Shown piece by piece: positions 1 through 9,517 of a stretch of 64,000 nucleotides of DNA. How positions within the stretch are numbered: position 1 is the stretch's first letter; the number at the start of each line of letters is the position of its first letter. Where the stretch lies: the IMG/VR virus record IMGVR_UViG_3300005573_001621; one strand, 5' to 3'. This stretch comes from a virus. Made by a program: the position numbers and the translations under genes. The notes below the pieces were generated by a model. That model had not been told where the DNA came from and did no database searches. It saw nothing but the letters and a program-made list of their open reading frames with translations.

Positions 1-408
1 GAACAGAAAAAAATCGAAGAAGCTATTTCTACCTATAAAGAAAAGCAGAGCTTAGAAGGGCTCTATAAAGAGTTCTGCACTGCAGGGTCTGGGCGCGCTT
101 CAAAAGCTGCAAATGCGCTTGAAGACGCTTTTGCTTTACTTAACCGATTGTTTCAGGCTTTCGCAGACAATATCTCAGAAGCTGAAATACAGTCCGACCC
201 AGAGCTAGGGAAGACATTAGTAGAGAGAATTCAAGAAGAGCGCGCTGAAGTAGAAGAAAATTGGCCGCAGCTTGTTCTTCATTCTTATAGTTTCTTTCTC
301 GGGACTCAAGCGTATGCTGAAGTCTTGCAGGCTATTATAAAAGACTATATTGAAGACACGCTAGTCGCTATAGAGAGCGTGCTCTACAGGGCTGAGGGAG
401 AACAATAG
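1..408 (+). CDS. Hypothetical helical protein, 5' partial
   Basis: Frame of ORF 148..408 is open back to base 1; E/K/L-rich. Confidence 0.7.
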   Translation, partial: EQKKIEEAISTYKEKQSLEGLYKEFCTAGSGRASKAANALEDAFALLNRLFQAFADNISEAEIQSDPELGKTLVERIQEERAEVEENWPQLVLHSYSFFLGTQAYAEVLQAIIKDYIEDTLVAIESVLYRAEGEQ

Positions 409-409
409 A

Positions 410-934
410 GTGCTTGTGGATCTAGAGTTTGATCTTGAGAAAGCTTTACAGACTATTCACTGCCATCGAGAGTTTAATAATACTAGCTGCCCGGGAGAGA
501 AGTTTGAGCTAGAGAGCTTCAAAGCTGTTATTCGTGAGACAGCGAAAGAACATAAATTTGATCTTTTTAAGCTTATTCCAGAGTATCTAGTCGTTCAGCC
601 GACTTCTAGAGTCTGGGAGGAGATTGTTATTCATCATTCAGCTTGTGATGATACCATTCTTTCAGATTGGGAGAGCATTTGGGCTTATCATCTTAAAGAC
701 CGAGGCTGGGGTGCTATCGGATATCACTTTGGTATCGAGAAAGTAAAAGACTTATACGTAATACGCCAGGGAAGGAGCTTGGATAAAGACGGAGTTCATT
801 GCAGAGGACATAATTCAAAAGCAGTCGGAATCGTGTTTGTAGGGAACTTCTCAAAGTATTCTCCGACTCTTGAGCAGCTCCGACTCGGAGCCAAGCTCTG
901 TTTAATGCTTTTCTCTTTAGGGATTGTCAAGTAA
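410..934 (+). CDS. N-acetylmuramoyl-L-alanine amidase (Amidase_2/T7-lysozyme/PGRP fold), circularly permuted
   Basis: IVIHHSA, GWGAIGYHF, GRSL..GVHCRGHNSKAVGIVFVGNF..PT.EQL; the HRE..TSCPG Zn-ligand segment is at the N-terminus. Confidence 0.88.
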   Translation: MLVDLEFDLEKALQTIHCHREFNNTSCPGEKFELESFKAVIRETAKEHKFDLFKLIPEYLVVQPTSRVWEEIVIHHSACDDTILSDWESIWAYHLKDRGWGAIGYHFGIEKVKDLYVIRQGRSLDKDGVHCRGHNSKAVGIVFVGNFSKYSPTLEQLRLGAKLCLMLFSLGIVK

Positions 935-936
935 CT

Positions 937-1434
937 ATGCCATCGATGGAAGAACTTATAAAGCTGACTAAATGGTTCTTATGTAATGAGCGGAGAACTT
1001 TTCGGCGAGCTTTAGAAGATGATGAGTCAGCATTTGTTATTGCTGTTGACTTCGATGGAGTGATTTTTGATCCTGAGACTTCGAAACTGATTCCTGGCGC
1101 AAAAGAAGCATTAGAGGAAATCAAGAGCCTCAAAGGAAAGATCGTTATTTTTTCTGGCAGATGCGGTCAGGGTGGAGAACTGATAAGGAAATACACTAAT
1201 AAAGACCCTGACGCTGAGATGAGATCATTTCTAGAAGAAAATAAAATTCCTTACGATGAGATCTGGACCGGGACTGCTAAGCCTCTAGCAGATTGGTTCG
1301 TCGAAGATAAAGCAATTCCGCCATTTCAGGGATGGGATCACGTTTTAGAGTTTGTCAAAAAGCAGTTAGACTCATCTTTTGAGTCGATCTTAGATCGTGA
1401 GATTGAAGAAGAGAAAGAAGCAGCTAAGAAATGA
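937..1434 (+). CDS. HAD-superfamily phosphatase/nucleotidase-like protein
   Basis: VIAVDFDGVI (motif I), IVIFSGR (motif II), FVEDKA (motif IV). Confidence 0.8.
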   Translation: MPSMEELIKLTKWFLCNERRTFRRALEDDESAFVIAVDFDGVIFDPETSKLIPGAKEALEEIKSLKGKIVIFSGRCGQGGELIRKYTNKDPDAEMRSFLEENKIPYDEIWTGTAKPLADWFVEDKAIPPFQGWDHVLEFVKKQLDSSFESILDREIEEEKEAAKK

Positions 1435-1613
1435 TTGCTTGTCCATCTTGTAAATCTTTAGAATGCGAGTGTGTAGATTTTGATTTAATTTATACTACAG
1501 TCTACCGCTGCAGGGAGTGTGGAGTTATCTTTGCTAAAGATCAAAAAGGTGAGTTTCGAGTTCTCTATCAGGGCTCTGCACTCAACAAGGAGATGAGCAA
1601 TGGGAGTCACTAA
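1431..1613 (+). CDS. Small zinc-ribbon protein
   Basis: CPSC...CREC; ATGA overlap with upstream gene. Confidence 0.65.
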   Translation: MIACPSCKSLECECVDFDLIYTTVYRCRECGVIFAKDQKGEFRVLYQGSALNKEMSNGSH

Positions 1614-2055
1614 TCGAGGAAAGAAGCTAATTTTAGAGTGGGCTTTCAGACTCAATAAGCCTTCAAACTTTTACGTTCTTTTAGCAACTTCAGCGGTCAC
1701 ACCGACTGAAGATACTAATATCGTAAATGACATACAAGAAATCGCAGCTGGAAATGGGTATTCTAGTGGGGGACAGCAAATTCCAGCTTCAGAAATAGGA
1801 TTTCCAATTTTAGTCGAAGACGACACTGCAAATCGAGGCTATATTAAAGTAGCAAATCTTTCCTGGACAGCTAGCGGAGGGAATCTTCCTCCTTCTGGAC
1901 TGGGAGCTAGATATGCGATTCTCACTGATGATGCTGATCCTAATCCTATCTATCGGAATGTCATAGCTTTCTGGGATCTGGGCTCAGATATTATTTTATC
2001 GCCAGGCCAAACTCTAGAATTGAATGGCTTGGAGCTTAGACTCAATGAGCCGTAA
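1600..2055 (+). CDS. Probable virion structural (tail/baseplate) beta protein
   Basis: VTNRGK..L, EIAAGNGYSSGG, WTASGG..L, AFWDLGSD pattern seen in phage tail proteins; AGGAG SD. Confidence 0.6.
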   Translation: MGVTNRGKKLILEWAFRLNKPSNFYVLLATSAVTPTEDTNIVNDIQEIAAGNGYSSGGQQIPASEIGFPILVEDDTANRGYIKVANLSWTASGGNLPPSGLGARYAILTDDADPNPIYRNVIAFWDLGSDIILSPGQTLELNGLELRLNEP

Positions 2056-2066
2056 GGAGGTCTAAA

Positions 2067-2438
2067 ATGAGCAATCTTTTAATTTCTTTACTCTTCTACT
2101 TTGTAGAATGCTTCGGAGAAGAGGGCATCTTCAGACTAGTTTTGATGAGCTTTTTGATGTCTCTTGGTGTTCCCGCACTTCTCACCGTTCTGATCGCTGC
2201 AGTTTTGTACGGACTTTCTCATTTTATTTTGTTCAAGCTCAAGATGGTTTTAGCAAGCGCTGTTTTAGGAATAGTTCTTGGACTGATCTTTCTACTTTTG
2301 TCTCATAACTTAGCACTTGCTTATTTCGTATGCAGCATAGTCCACTTCTTCGCAGGGGTTTGTTCTATTCAGATAGGTTTCACGCACTCACAGATGAGAG
2401 AGGCTTTCTACGATGTCAACGGCAGCAGTGAACAATAG
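2067..2438 (+). CDS. CPBP (CAAX protease/Abi) family intramembrane metalloprotease-like protein
   Basis: About four hydrophobic helices with EEGIFR, LYGLSH and terminal H motifs in family order. Confidence 0.65.
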   Translation: MSNLLISLLFYFVECFGEEGIFRLVLMSFLMSLGVPALLTVLIAAVLYGLSHFILFKLKMVLASAVLGIVLGLIFLLLSHNLALAYFVCSIVHFFAGVCSIQIGFTHSQMREAFYDVNGSSEQ

Positions 2439-2871
2439 CAGTAAGAAAGTTTTCTCGGTTAAAGAGATCATAGACTCATTAAATAACGGGGGCCGACTTG
2501 ATCTCTCGATGCTTTCTGAGGAGCAGATTCAGTCAGCAATTAGCTCTATTGAGAAGACGAAATCGAAAGCTGATATTCAGAGCGCTTTATGGGAGATAGA
2601 AAAGCTGCTGCTCACAGTATTACTTTCTACGAAAGCCGCTGAGAGCCGATTTCAGTCACTTGAGAAAGAAGTAAAAGAAATGATGGTTCTTCTTAGAGGA
2701 GACCCGCTTTCTAACAGTCAGCAAGTTCAAGAAGGGCTGTTAGGAAGAATTAGAACATTAGAAAGCGACTTCGGGAGAGCGAAATCTGCAGTTCGATATC
2801 TAAGCTGGCTATTAGTGGGTACTTTAGGGTGGATTGTTCGAGAGCTCTTGAGCAAGATTCTTCATTTTTAG
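2413..2871 (+). CDS. Coiled-coil protein with C-terminal TM helix (holin/lysis accessory candidate)
   Basis: Heptad-rich body, hydrophobic YLSWLLVGTLGWIV near C-terminus. Confidence 0.45.
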   Translation: MSTAAVNNSSKKVFSVKEIIDSLNNGGRLDLSMLSEEQIQSAISSIEKTKSKADIQSALWEIEKLLLTVLLSTKAAESRFQSLEKEVKEMMVLLRGDPLSNSQQVQEGLLGRIRTLESDFGRAKSAVRYLSWLLVGTLGWIVRELLSKILHF

Positions 2872-2887
2872 AGGTTAGAAGCAGAGC

Positions 2888-3442
2888 ATGAGTGAAGATT
2901 ATAACTTAATTCACCAGACTGAAGCTCCGCTAGATACAACTGGAACGACGGAGCTCTTATTTGCTATTTTCGATACGACAGGGAGTCCCGTGACGGGGAA
3001 GACTCAAGCTGATTTTACTATCTTAACTGCTTCTCCAGGGACTGGATATCCTTCTCCAACAGTAGTAATTTCTGAAGTGGGTGATGGAATTTATAGAGCA
3101 ACTCTTACATTTAGTACGAGCTCTGGCTGGAGTGTTCCGAAGTCTTATTTTATCCGACTCACTTGCGCAGGCACGACGTTAGACTATAGATGTAATCTGA
3201 TTCTATCACCTCTGCTCTCTAAGCTAAATAGAACTTTAGGACTAGAGAATGAAAATCAGTATATAGATCAGATGACTTGGCATACTCAGTTCAATAAGCT
3301 TACTAGTGCGAGGATCAGAGTTTATTCAAACTCCACTGATGTAGGAACTGATAATAACGTGATTGCGACGTATGACGTTAATATTTCGTATGACTCTGTG
3401 ACTGGCAGGATGACGTCATATAAAGTAACTCGAGTGAGCTAA
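2888..3442 (+). CDS. Probable virion structural protein (Ig-like beta domain)
   Basis: T/S/G-rich beta-strand composition, E.GDG.YR motif. Confidence 0.45.
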   Translation: MSEDYNLIHQTEAPLDTTGTTELLFAIFDTTGSPVTGKTQADFTILTASPGTGYPSPTVVISEVGDGIYRATLTFSTSSGWSVPKSYFIRLTCAGTTLDYRCNLILSPLLSKLNRTLGLENENQYIDQMTWHTQFNKLTSARIRVYSNSTDVGTDNNVIATYDVNISYDSVTGRMTSYKVTRVS

Positions 3443-3445
3443 AAC

Positions 3446-3655
3446 ATGGGAAGAGCTCAAGAGCATTGGAATTCAAAGATTTTTTGCCCAAAGTGCCGGC
3501 AAGAAATGATCAAAGTTTGGGATCAACAGTATGGTTTTGGGATTCTTTGTGAGCTCTGCAGGATTTTGATCTGGGATTCTGACACTTTGGAGCCGTACTT
3601 GGAAGCGACATTATTCATAGATCCCCAGCAAGAAATAAGAGCTCCTTCTCGGTAG
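3446..3655 (+). CDS. Small zinc-finger protein
   Basis: CPKC...CELC. Confidence 0.6.
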   Translation: MGRAQEHWNSKIFCPKCRQEMIKVWDQQYGFGILCELCRILIWDSDTLEPYLEATLFIDPQQEIRAPSR

Positions 3656-3690
3656 AGTTGCTTTTCTACTGCAAAGGACTACTTTGAGCT

Positions 3691-4584
3691 TTGTCAGGAA
3701 GCACTCGGTTCACGGTTATTACAGACTATTTAGGCGTCTCTGGTTTAGAGAGATATCAAGATGAAACACGCTATTGTAGATACTTAGTACTCGGGATAGA
3801 CCCGGGTTTAGGGATTGGAGGCCACGCAACTGGCATAGAAGGAGTCTCTCTACGAGACGGGACTCAACTTTTAGAATTTCGTTCTAACTCGACTTCACCA
3901 AGATCCGTAGTTGAAAAAGTTTTAACTTCAATATTTTTAGATCCCAGTTTTGAAACTGTCTTAGTTGTTATTGAATCTAATACAATTGGAAAAGACTTGA
4001 TTTCTAGATATCTAGAACTCCCGGAGTTCTGGGAGTCGAAAAAGATTTCTCTCAAACTTCCTCCTTTATATCAGAGTTTTAAGAAAGATCGACAGCCAAT
4101 ATACGGATTTGAAAGCTCGGCCGCTAATAAACAGATGCTAATTGCAGAAGTCCGAGAGCTGATTAAGCAAGATCCGGAGGTGATTAAAAGTCATCGTCTG
4201 GTGAATGAGCTTTTAGGCTTTCAAATTCTCCCTGGAGGAAAGCTCGGGGCTAAGCACGGATCAGCTCGAACTGATGATCTAGTAATTGCTTACGCTTTGG
4301 CTTTGAAAGGGAGACAATACTATTTTCTCCATAGTCCGGATCCAGCCGTGCTGAGAGCGCTGGATTTTCCAGCTGCTACGGCGTCAGCTTCCGAAGCGAG
4401 TTTGCTTCCTTATTTGGGAAGAATACACTACTCTGCAAGCGAAGAGCCTTTGAGAGTTTTTGATCTTGAAAGGGCTCGGCTGAAAGAAGAAATTTGGAAA
4501 GCGATAAGAGCGGGTCAGAACCCTCTTGAGCTGAGAAAAGCTTTAGAAGATCTTAAGCCAGAAGAGAGAAGTATTGCTGAGTGA
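3691..4584 (+). CDS. terL: Terminase large subunit, RNase H-like nuclease domain encoded as a separate gene
   Basis: VLGIDPG, VVIESNTIG, GFESSAANKQMLI, S.RLVNELLGF, DDLVIAYALA as in the T4 gp17 C-domain. Confidence 0.85.
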   Translation: MSGSTRFTVITDYLGVSGLERYQDETRYCRYLVLGIDPGLGIGGHATGIEGVSLRDGTQLLEFRSNSTSPRSVVEKVLTSIFLDPSFETVLVVIESNTIGKDLISRYLELPEFWESKKISLKLPPLYQSFKKDRQPIYGFESSAANKQMLIAEVRELIKQDPEVIKSHRLVNELLGFQILPGGKLGAKHGSARTDDLVIAYALALKGRQYYFLHSPDPAVLRALDFPAATASASEASLLPYLGRIHYSASEEPLRVFDLERARLKEEIWKAIRAGQNPLELRKALEDLKPEERSIAE

Positions 4585-5516
4585 TAGAAAATCTCTCAAG
4601 AGAAGAAATTATTGCAAGAGTTCTCAGGCTCCAGAAGTTGCCAGAGGGCTTTGAAGAGTGGTTCTCTTATGCTAGAGTTGTTCACCCATCAAAGGGACTA
4701 ATAGCTCCTACGTTTTATCCGAAGTTTAAAGAAATTGTCGAAGCTTTAGTCGAAAAACATTATGTAATTATCTTAAAATCTAGGCAGTGTGGTGTCTCGA
4801 CTCTTCTTTCGCTCTTCTCAATCTATGCTGCTTCGCTTTTCCCTGGCTGGAGTGCAGGAGTAATTTCTAGAAGGCGAGAAGACGCAGTTTCTTTTTTAGA
4901 AAAAGGAAGGATTGCAATTCAATATCTGCCTCTTTGGCTGAGGCCCAAGATCTCAACGTGGAATAAGCTTAGCTTGACTTTTTCTCATGCTTCAAAGATC
5001 TTGACTTCGCCTCCCTCGAAAGATGCATTTAGGGGAGAAACACTTTCTTTGTTAGTGATTGATGAAGCTGCTGCTTGCCGTAGAATAGATGAAGTTTATA
5101 CTGCAGCTTATTTAACTCTCTCAAAGAATTTTTCTTCTTTGCAAGAAGCTTCATCAAGTAGGCCAAAAATGCCCTTCGGGATAGTTATTATCTCCACTGG
5201 CGCAGTTTTAGATAATCCTTCTGCGCAATTCTTCTTTGATATGTGGGATAGAGCAATGATGGGAGCTAATAATTTTGTTCCTATCAAAATTCATTGGTCT
5301 GACGTAGGTTATACTCCAGAGTGGAAGATGGAACAAGCTAAAGCTTTAGGAGAAGATCCAGATAAAATTATGACGGAGCTCGAGTGCGGATTTGTTATAG
5401 CAAGGCAAGACGCGATGGTTTTTCCTCCAGACGTCTTAAGAAAAATTCAAACTCAAATTGCTAGAGCAGATCGTGTTCCTTATGAAAGATGGCAAGCTCA
5501 GAAAGTGGGAGTCTAA
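4581..5516 (+). CDS. terL: Terminase large subunit, ATPase domain encoded as a separate gene
   Basis: HPSKG, ILKSRQCGVST (Walker A), LVIDEAA (Walker B), IIST (motif C), FVPIKIHW...ELECGF; GTGA overlap. Confidence 0.9.
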   Translation: MIENLSREEIIARVLRLQKLPEGFEEWFSYARVVHPSKGLIAPTFYPKFKEIVEALVEKHYVIILKSRQCGVSTLLSLFSIYAASLFPGWSAGVISRRREDAVSFLEKGRIAIQYLPLWLRPKISTWNKLSLTFSHASKILTSPPSKDAFRGETLSLLVIDEAAACRRIDEVYTAAYLTLSKNFSSLQEASSSRPKMPFGIVIISTGAVLDNPSAQFFFDMWDRAMMGANNFVPIKIHWSDVGYTPEWKMEQAKALGEDPDKIMTELECGFVIARQDAMVFPPDVLRKIQTQIARADRVPYERWQAQKVGV

Positions 5517-5519
5517 ACG

Positions 5520-6959
5520 GTGCCAGAAGATACTCTTGTTCAGCTTTATCAAGAACCGATTCATGATTCTAAAGTCTCAGTTTTAGTCCCAAGTTTGACG
5601 CTTTACTTTGAGCCTCTATCTGGATCCGGAAAAGAAGAATCAATAACGGTCTTCGGCCAGTCATCTTTAGCATCAGCTTTACTCTGGAGTAGCTGGGGCG
5701 CTCCATTAGCTTTAGTTGCTAAGCAGCAGTCTCATTATGTTGAAAGATATCTCCAAGCTTTGAGTATGTTAGCTTTCTCTTCTAGAGGAGGCTATCTTCT
5801 TTTGAGAGAACTTCCACATTTTTTTAAGCAGAATACTCTGGGCTGCTTAGTTGGAGCTTTTTTAATAGGCGGCGATCTAGAGGTCTCAGCGATCTTAGCT
5901 CAGAGACAAGCTGGCAAGTATGTCACGAGAGTTATTCTTCATTTCCCGGTTGTCAAACAAGCTCAATACGACGAGGGCGGGCTTACGGGGGAGCTTGAGA
6001 TCCGAGACGTAGAGATGTCAGTGATGTTTCAAGGCTTATTCAAGACTCCTTCAAGATCTCCAGCTACGTTTAAGCCGGCTGGATCTCCAATTTCTGACTA
6101 CTATCGATTAGTTTGTGTTGAGTCGAGTCTATTTTCTTCTCTTTGGTATAAGCCAGCTGTAGTGACAACTGCTGAAACTGCTGCTTTACAAAAAATACTC
6201 AGAAGCTTAGCAGATGGGTTTAGCGGCGCATTACAATCAGAAATTACAGTTCCTATTCGGTTTTTTAAGAGTATATTTTTCCCTCAGCAGGCTCGAAGGC
6301 TTGATGTTGTAACAGATGCTTTAGTTGAGACTGCGCTTTCTAAAGGGACTAAAGACTTTCTGCTTGCTGGTAAGTTTTCAGCGATTTCTTTTGGAACAGA
6401 AAAAGGCTTCGGCCTTTTTAAGCTTAAAGACGTTGAAGGGCTTTTAGCAGATGAGAAGAATCAAGAAGCTTTAGATACGCAGATCCCAGCTATATCTCCA
6501 GGAAAGATGAGTGTCTCGGCAGATAAGACTGCTATTCCAGGGACAAAATCTTATCAAGAAGGCAAAGATGCTCTAGCAGGGCCGTCTAGATTCCCAATCT
6601 TCTTTACTCGTAGCGCTGTCAAAGTTTTAGAGTACAGAGAGATTTTTGCTCAAATATCGCCAGATTTTGAAAAAACTTCGAGTTCATTCTTTATTCTCAG
6701 ACTAGAGGCTTCTCAAGCTGCTCGGCTTACTCCAGGGCGAGTACTCCACTTTATTATTTTGCCAAGAATGCTTTATGTTAAGCTGTTTATAGTTTCTGCT
6801 GCTGTTTTATATTACAAAGTTACAGAATCTCCTATTGGAGAGATGGAGGTCATAGGGCTTGAGATCAAAAGAGAGCTGCTATCAGAGGTAGTAGATTACG
6901 AGACACTCGAGTCGATTTCTAAAGCTTTTGAGAAAGAGCTAACTGAAGAAGGGAGCTAA
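5520..6959 (+). CDS. Hypothetical protein, possible baseplate hub
   Basis: Beta-rich; C-terminal LTPGRV pattern loosely hub-like; weak. Confidence 0.3.
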   Translation: MPEDTLVQLYQEPIHDSKVSVLVPSLTLYFEPLSGSGKEESITVFGQSSLASALLWSSWGAPLALVAKQQSHYVERYLQALSMLAFSSRGGYLLLRELPHFFKQNTLGCLVGAFLIGGDLEVSAILAQRQAGKYVTRVILHFPVVKQAQYDEGGLTGELEIRDVEMSVMFQGLFKTPSRSPATFKPAGSPISDYYRLVCVESSLFSSLWYKPAVVTTAETAALQKILRSLADGFSGALQSEITVPIRFFKSIFFPQQARRLDVVTDALVETALSKGTKDFLLAGKFSAISFGTEKGFGLFKLKDVEGLLADEKNQEALDTQIPAISPGKMSVSADKTAIPGTKSYQEGKDALAGPSRFPIFFTRSAVKVLEYREIFAQISPDFEKTSSSFFILRLEASQAARLTPGRVLHFIILPRMLYVKLFIVSAAVLYYKVTESPIGEMEVIGLEIKRELLSEVVDYETLESISKAFEKELTEEGS

Positions 6960-6962
6960 AAG

Positions 6963-8447
6963 ATGCCAGGTCTTACGGGAACTACTTCTGAGTTTTATCT
7001 CATAAACAAGGGAAAGAAATCTTCTCCCTCTGTTCAAGAAGATCAAACTACTGGGATCTTAGTCCACAAAACGATGGCAGACGAGATCATTTCGTCGATC
7101 CCTATGCCAGGCGGGTTCGAGTTCGGGAAGCTCCCAAAGATTAAGAAATCTGCTAACACTCTTCTAGACCGAGCAAAACTTTTATACATCTATTATTTGC
7201 TGCAATCTGCTCAAAGCGTTCAGCTAAACGTGTTGAATCAATGGATGAATTGGGCAAACTTCTCGATCTCCGGGATAGGGAAAGTGATGTTTTCGACTAA
7301 TCCTTTATTTTATATTTCTGAAGCAAAAAGATTAGCAGCTCTGAGCTCTAAAGGGGGAGAGTCTAGAAAAGAACCCTGGGAAGATCTCCAGCTCTGGGAT
7401 AGAGAGTCAGGATTGAATATATCTGCTTTGGCTGCTGCTTTCTTAGTAGGAAAAGCGGGCAATTCTTTCAAAGCTTTCCCGTATGTTCCTCTTATGATTG
7501 CTTCAGTTGACTCAATGTCGGTTGAAGCGACAAATAAGTCACAGTTTACTTTCGATTTCTCAGACTATTTTCCTGCTGAATTTCAATTCTTAGCTATGTC
7601 GATTCAGGGCGGGAGGTTTATGAATGCTGCAGCAGAAGTCTTGAGTTTTCTAGTTAAAGCTCCTTTTTATCCCGTCGAAGCGATTGCTGGAAAAGCTGGA
7701 GAGGGACTGGTTAAGAGCGTTGGAGAAGCAGTTAAAAGGATTGTTAGAGATCCAGCTCAAATATTCACTGTGAGGGGTCCTCGTCTCTGGCGAGGTTCTT
7801 CAGAGCCTAACTATTCAATAAGCGTAACAGTTAGAATTCCGTATGTTTTAGGATTTGATGCTGATTCTCAAACAGATCTCGTCCCTCCAGTCGCTCTTTT
7901 AGACCCTTCGAGTCGATCACAGTATTCGGAAGTAATACAACAAGCTATTTACCGAACTATAATATTACCTTTTAGAGCTCTTCTCAAATATCAGCTTTAT
8001 GGAGCTTATCAGGGATTCTTGCTCTATATTGCTAGACCGGGCTCAGTCGGGGTTTCGGGTGCATTTACTAACTTAGCCGAGCTTTTCGAGCCTAAGACAT
8101 CAGGCTTTTCAAATTCAGGGCTTCTTCTTTATGGGATTCCTTCTAGTCCTATCACTGTAGACTTGCAAACGAATGATACTGCTGGGTATGCGCCGCAGAG
8201 CTTTAAGATCTCTATTCAAGGCTCACAGGCTTGGTATGCTTATCTGCCAGACTTGTCTCAGATGGCTTCAGCTTTAGCATCAGAAGAAGCTAGAAAACAA
8301 TACGAAGCAGATCTTATGAAACTGCAAAAAGAAGCTCAAGCGCCTGAGAAAGTAGAAGAAGAGAAACCCAAGCAAGGAGAGCAAGAATATCCCGACCTCA
8401 GTGGAGTAAACAAAGTGCAAACTGGCGAAATTGGGAAAGCGAAATGA
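6963..8447 (+). CDS. Hypothetical protein, possible tail-tube initiator
   Basis: PRLWRGSSEPNYSISV loosely resembles gp48/54-like proteins; weak. Confidence 0.3.
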   Translation: MPGLTGTTSEFYLINKGKKSSPSVQEDQTTGILVHKTMADEIISSIPMPGGFEFGKLPKIKKSANTLLDRAKLLYIYYLLQSAQSVQLNVLNQWMNWANFSISGIGKVMFSTNPLFYISEAKRLAALSSKGGESRKEPWEDLQLWDRESGLNISALAAAFLVGKAGNSFKAFPYVPLMIASVDSMSVEATNKSQFTFDFSDYFPAEFQFLAMSIQGGRFMNAAAEVLSFLVKAPFYPVEAIAGKAGEGLVKSVGEAVKRIVRDPAQIFTVRGPRLWRGSSEPNYSISVTVRIPYVLGFDADSQTDLVPPVALLDPSSRSQYSEVIQQAIYRTIILPFRALLKYQLYGAYQGFLLYIARPGSVGVSGAFTNLAELFEPKTSGFSNSGLLLYGIPSSPITVDLQTNDTAGYAPQSFKISIQGSQAWYAYLPDLSQMASALASEEARKQYEADLMKLQKEAQAPEKVEEEKPKQGEQEYPDLSGVNKVQTGEIGKAK

Positions 8448-9229
8448 ATCTCAAAAAGTCTGTCCAGAAAAGAGAAGAAGATTTATTCGCTAAGTTTGCT
8501 TCTCTTCTTTCTAGAAAGTCAAAGCTTTCTAAAGATAAGAAGCAGCTCTTGAAAACTCATAGAGATATTGTTAAACAAGTCTCTAAGTCGCTCTCTAGAC
8601 CGAAACTAAAGAGAAATCCTCTTCTTTTAGTCTTGTATCTTTTTTACTTGACTGCTCTGGACAATTTTGTGTCGAGTCTTTTAGGAGTTAAATCATCTCC
8701 TCCTCTTCCGAGTCTCTGGAAGAAATCTTCTAAAATCAAAACAGAAAAATTAGCGCTTGTTCTCTTAAAATGCTCCGGCTCAGAGACTCTCTCTCATATC
8801 ATCCAAGAACAAAAACAAATCCGTAGTTTAGTAGAGCAAGACGAGCTGCAGAAAGAAGACTCTGAGGAAGAAGGAGAGCTTGAGCCGGAGAGAATCCCGG
8901 GCGAATTCGAGACTGCTAGTCAAGCTCTGGGAGACGAAGAAGTTCAGCGAAGCTTAGATCTAGTTCATCAAGCTGAGACAAAAATCTCGGGCGTCATAAA
9001 GCGAGGCGAGAAGCTCTTAGAAGTCTTCTCTTCTATTTTGCCATTCTTAACTGAAGAAGAATATACCACTTTTTATGAAGCAAGAAATGAAGTTGATTCA
9101 ATGATTTATTTCTTACAGAGTAAGCTAGACGCGGGTGAAGCTTTTGATGAGCTCACTCTAGAGGCTGCTAAAGAAGCTGACTTGCTCTTCTCTCAACTTG
9201 AAGAGATCTTTTCTTCTCTGGAGAGCTGA
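8444..9229 (+). CDS. Hypothetical protein (basic N-half, acidic C-half)
   Basis: Long ORF with ATGA overlap. Confidence 0.6.
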   Translation: MNLKKSVQKREEDLFAKFASLLSRKSKLSKDKKQLLKTHRDIVKQVSKSLSRPKLKRNPLLLVLYLFYLTALDNFVSSLLGVKSSPPLPSLWKKSSKIKTEKLALVLLKCSGSETLSHIIQEQKQIRSLVEQDELQKEDSEEEGELEPERIPGEFETASQALGDEEVQRSLDLVHQAETKISGVIKRGEKLLEVFSSILPFLTEEEYTTFYEARNEVDSMIYFLQSKLDAGEAFDELTLEAAKEADLLFSQLEEIFSSLES

Positions 9230-9262
9230 TTTCTAAATTTCTTAAGAAGGAGAGAGATCCCT

Positions 9263-9481
9263 ATGCGCTGGTACGATATAGTATTTGGTGGATCTAAAGC
9301 ATTCCAGTCGACTCTAGCGATGCTACTGGGGTTCATAGCATATATGGGGCTTGAATCAAGTCTTAAAGCATTACACTTCTGGGAATTGTGTATCTTTCTC
9401 TGCGCGACAGCGGGAGTCTACGGATTTTTCCGAGTGAAAGAATATTCTGTGAGGAATGGGAATACGAACAATGGCAGCTAG
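9263..9481 (+). CDS. Small two-TM membrane protein (holin-like)
   Basis: Two hydrophobic segments, charged C-tail, AAGGAG SD. Confidence 0.5.
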   Translation: MRWYDIVFGGSKAFQSTLAMLLGFIAYMGLESSLKALHFWELCIFLCATAGVYGFFRVKEYSVRNGNTNNGS

Positions 9482-9517
9482 TCGAAGACAACATCTATAG
9501 GGAGGGAGAGCAACAGC

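Noticed and set aside
3691-5516. Split intein re-ligating the terminase halves
   Set aside because: No block A/B at the ATPase end and no HN-C/S/T motif at the nuclease start
5514-6965. Readthrough between in-frame neighbours at 5516/5520 and 6959/6963
   Set aside because: Each downstream gene has its own SD (GGGAG), and the products are unrelated
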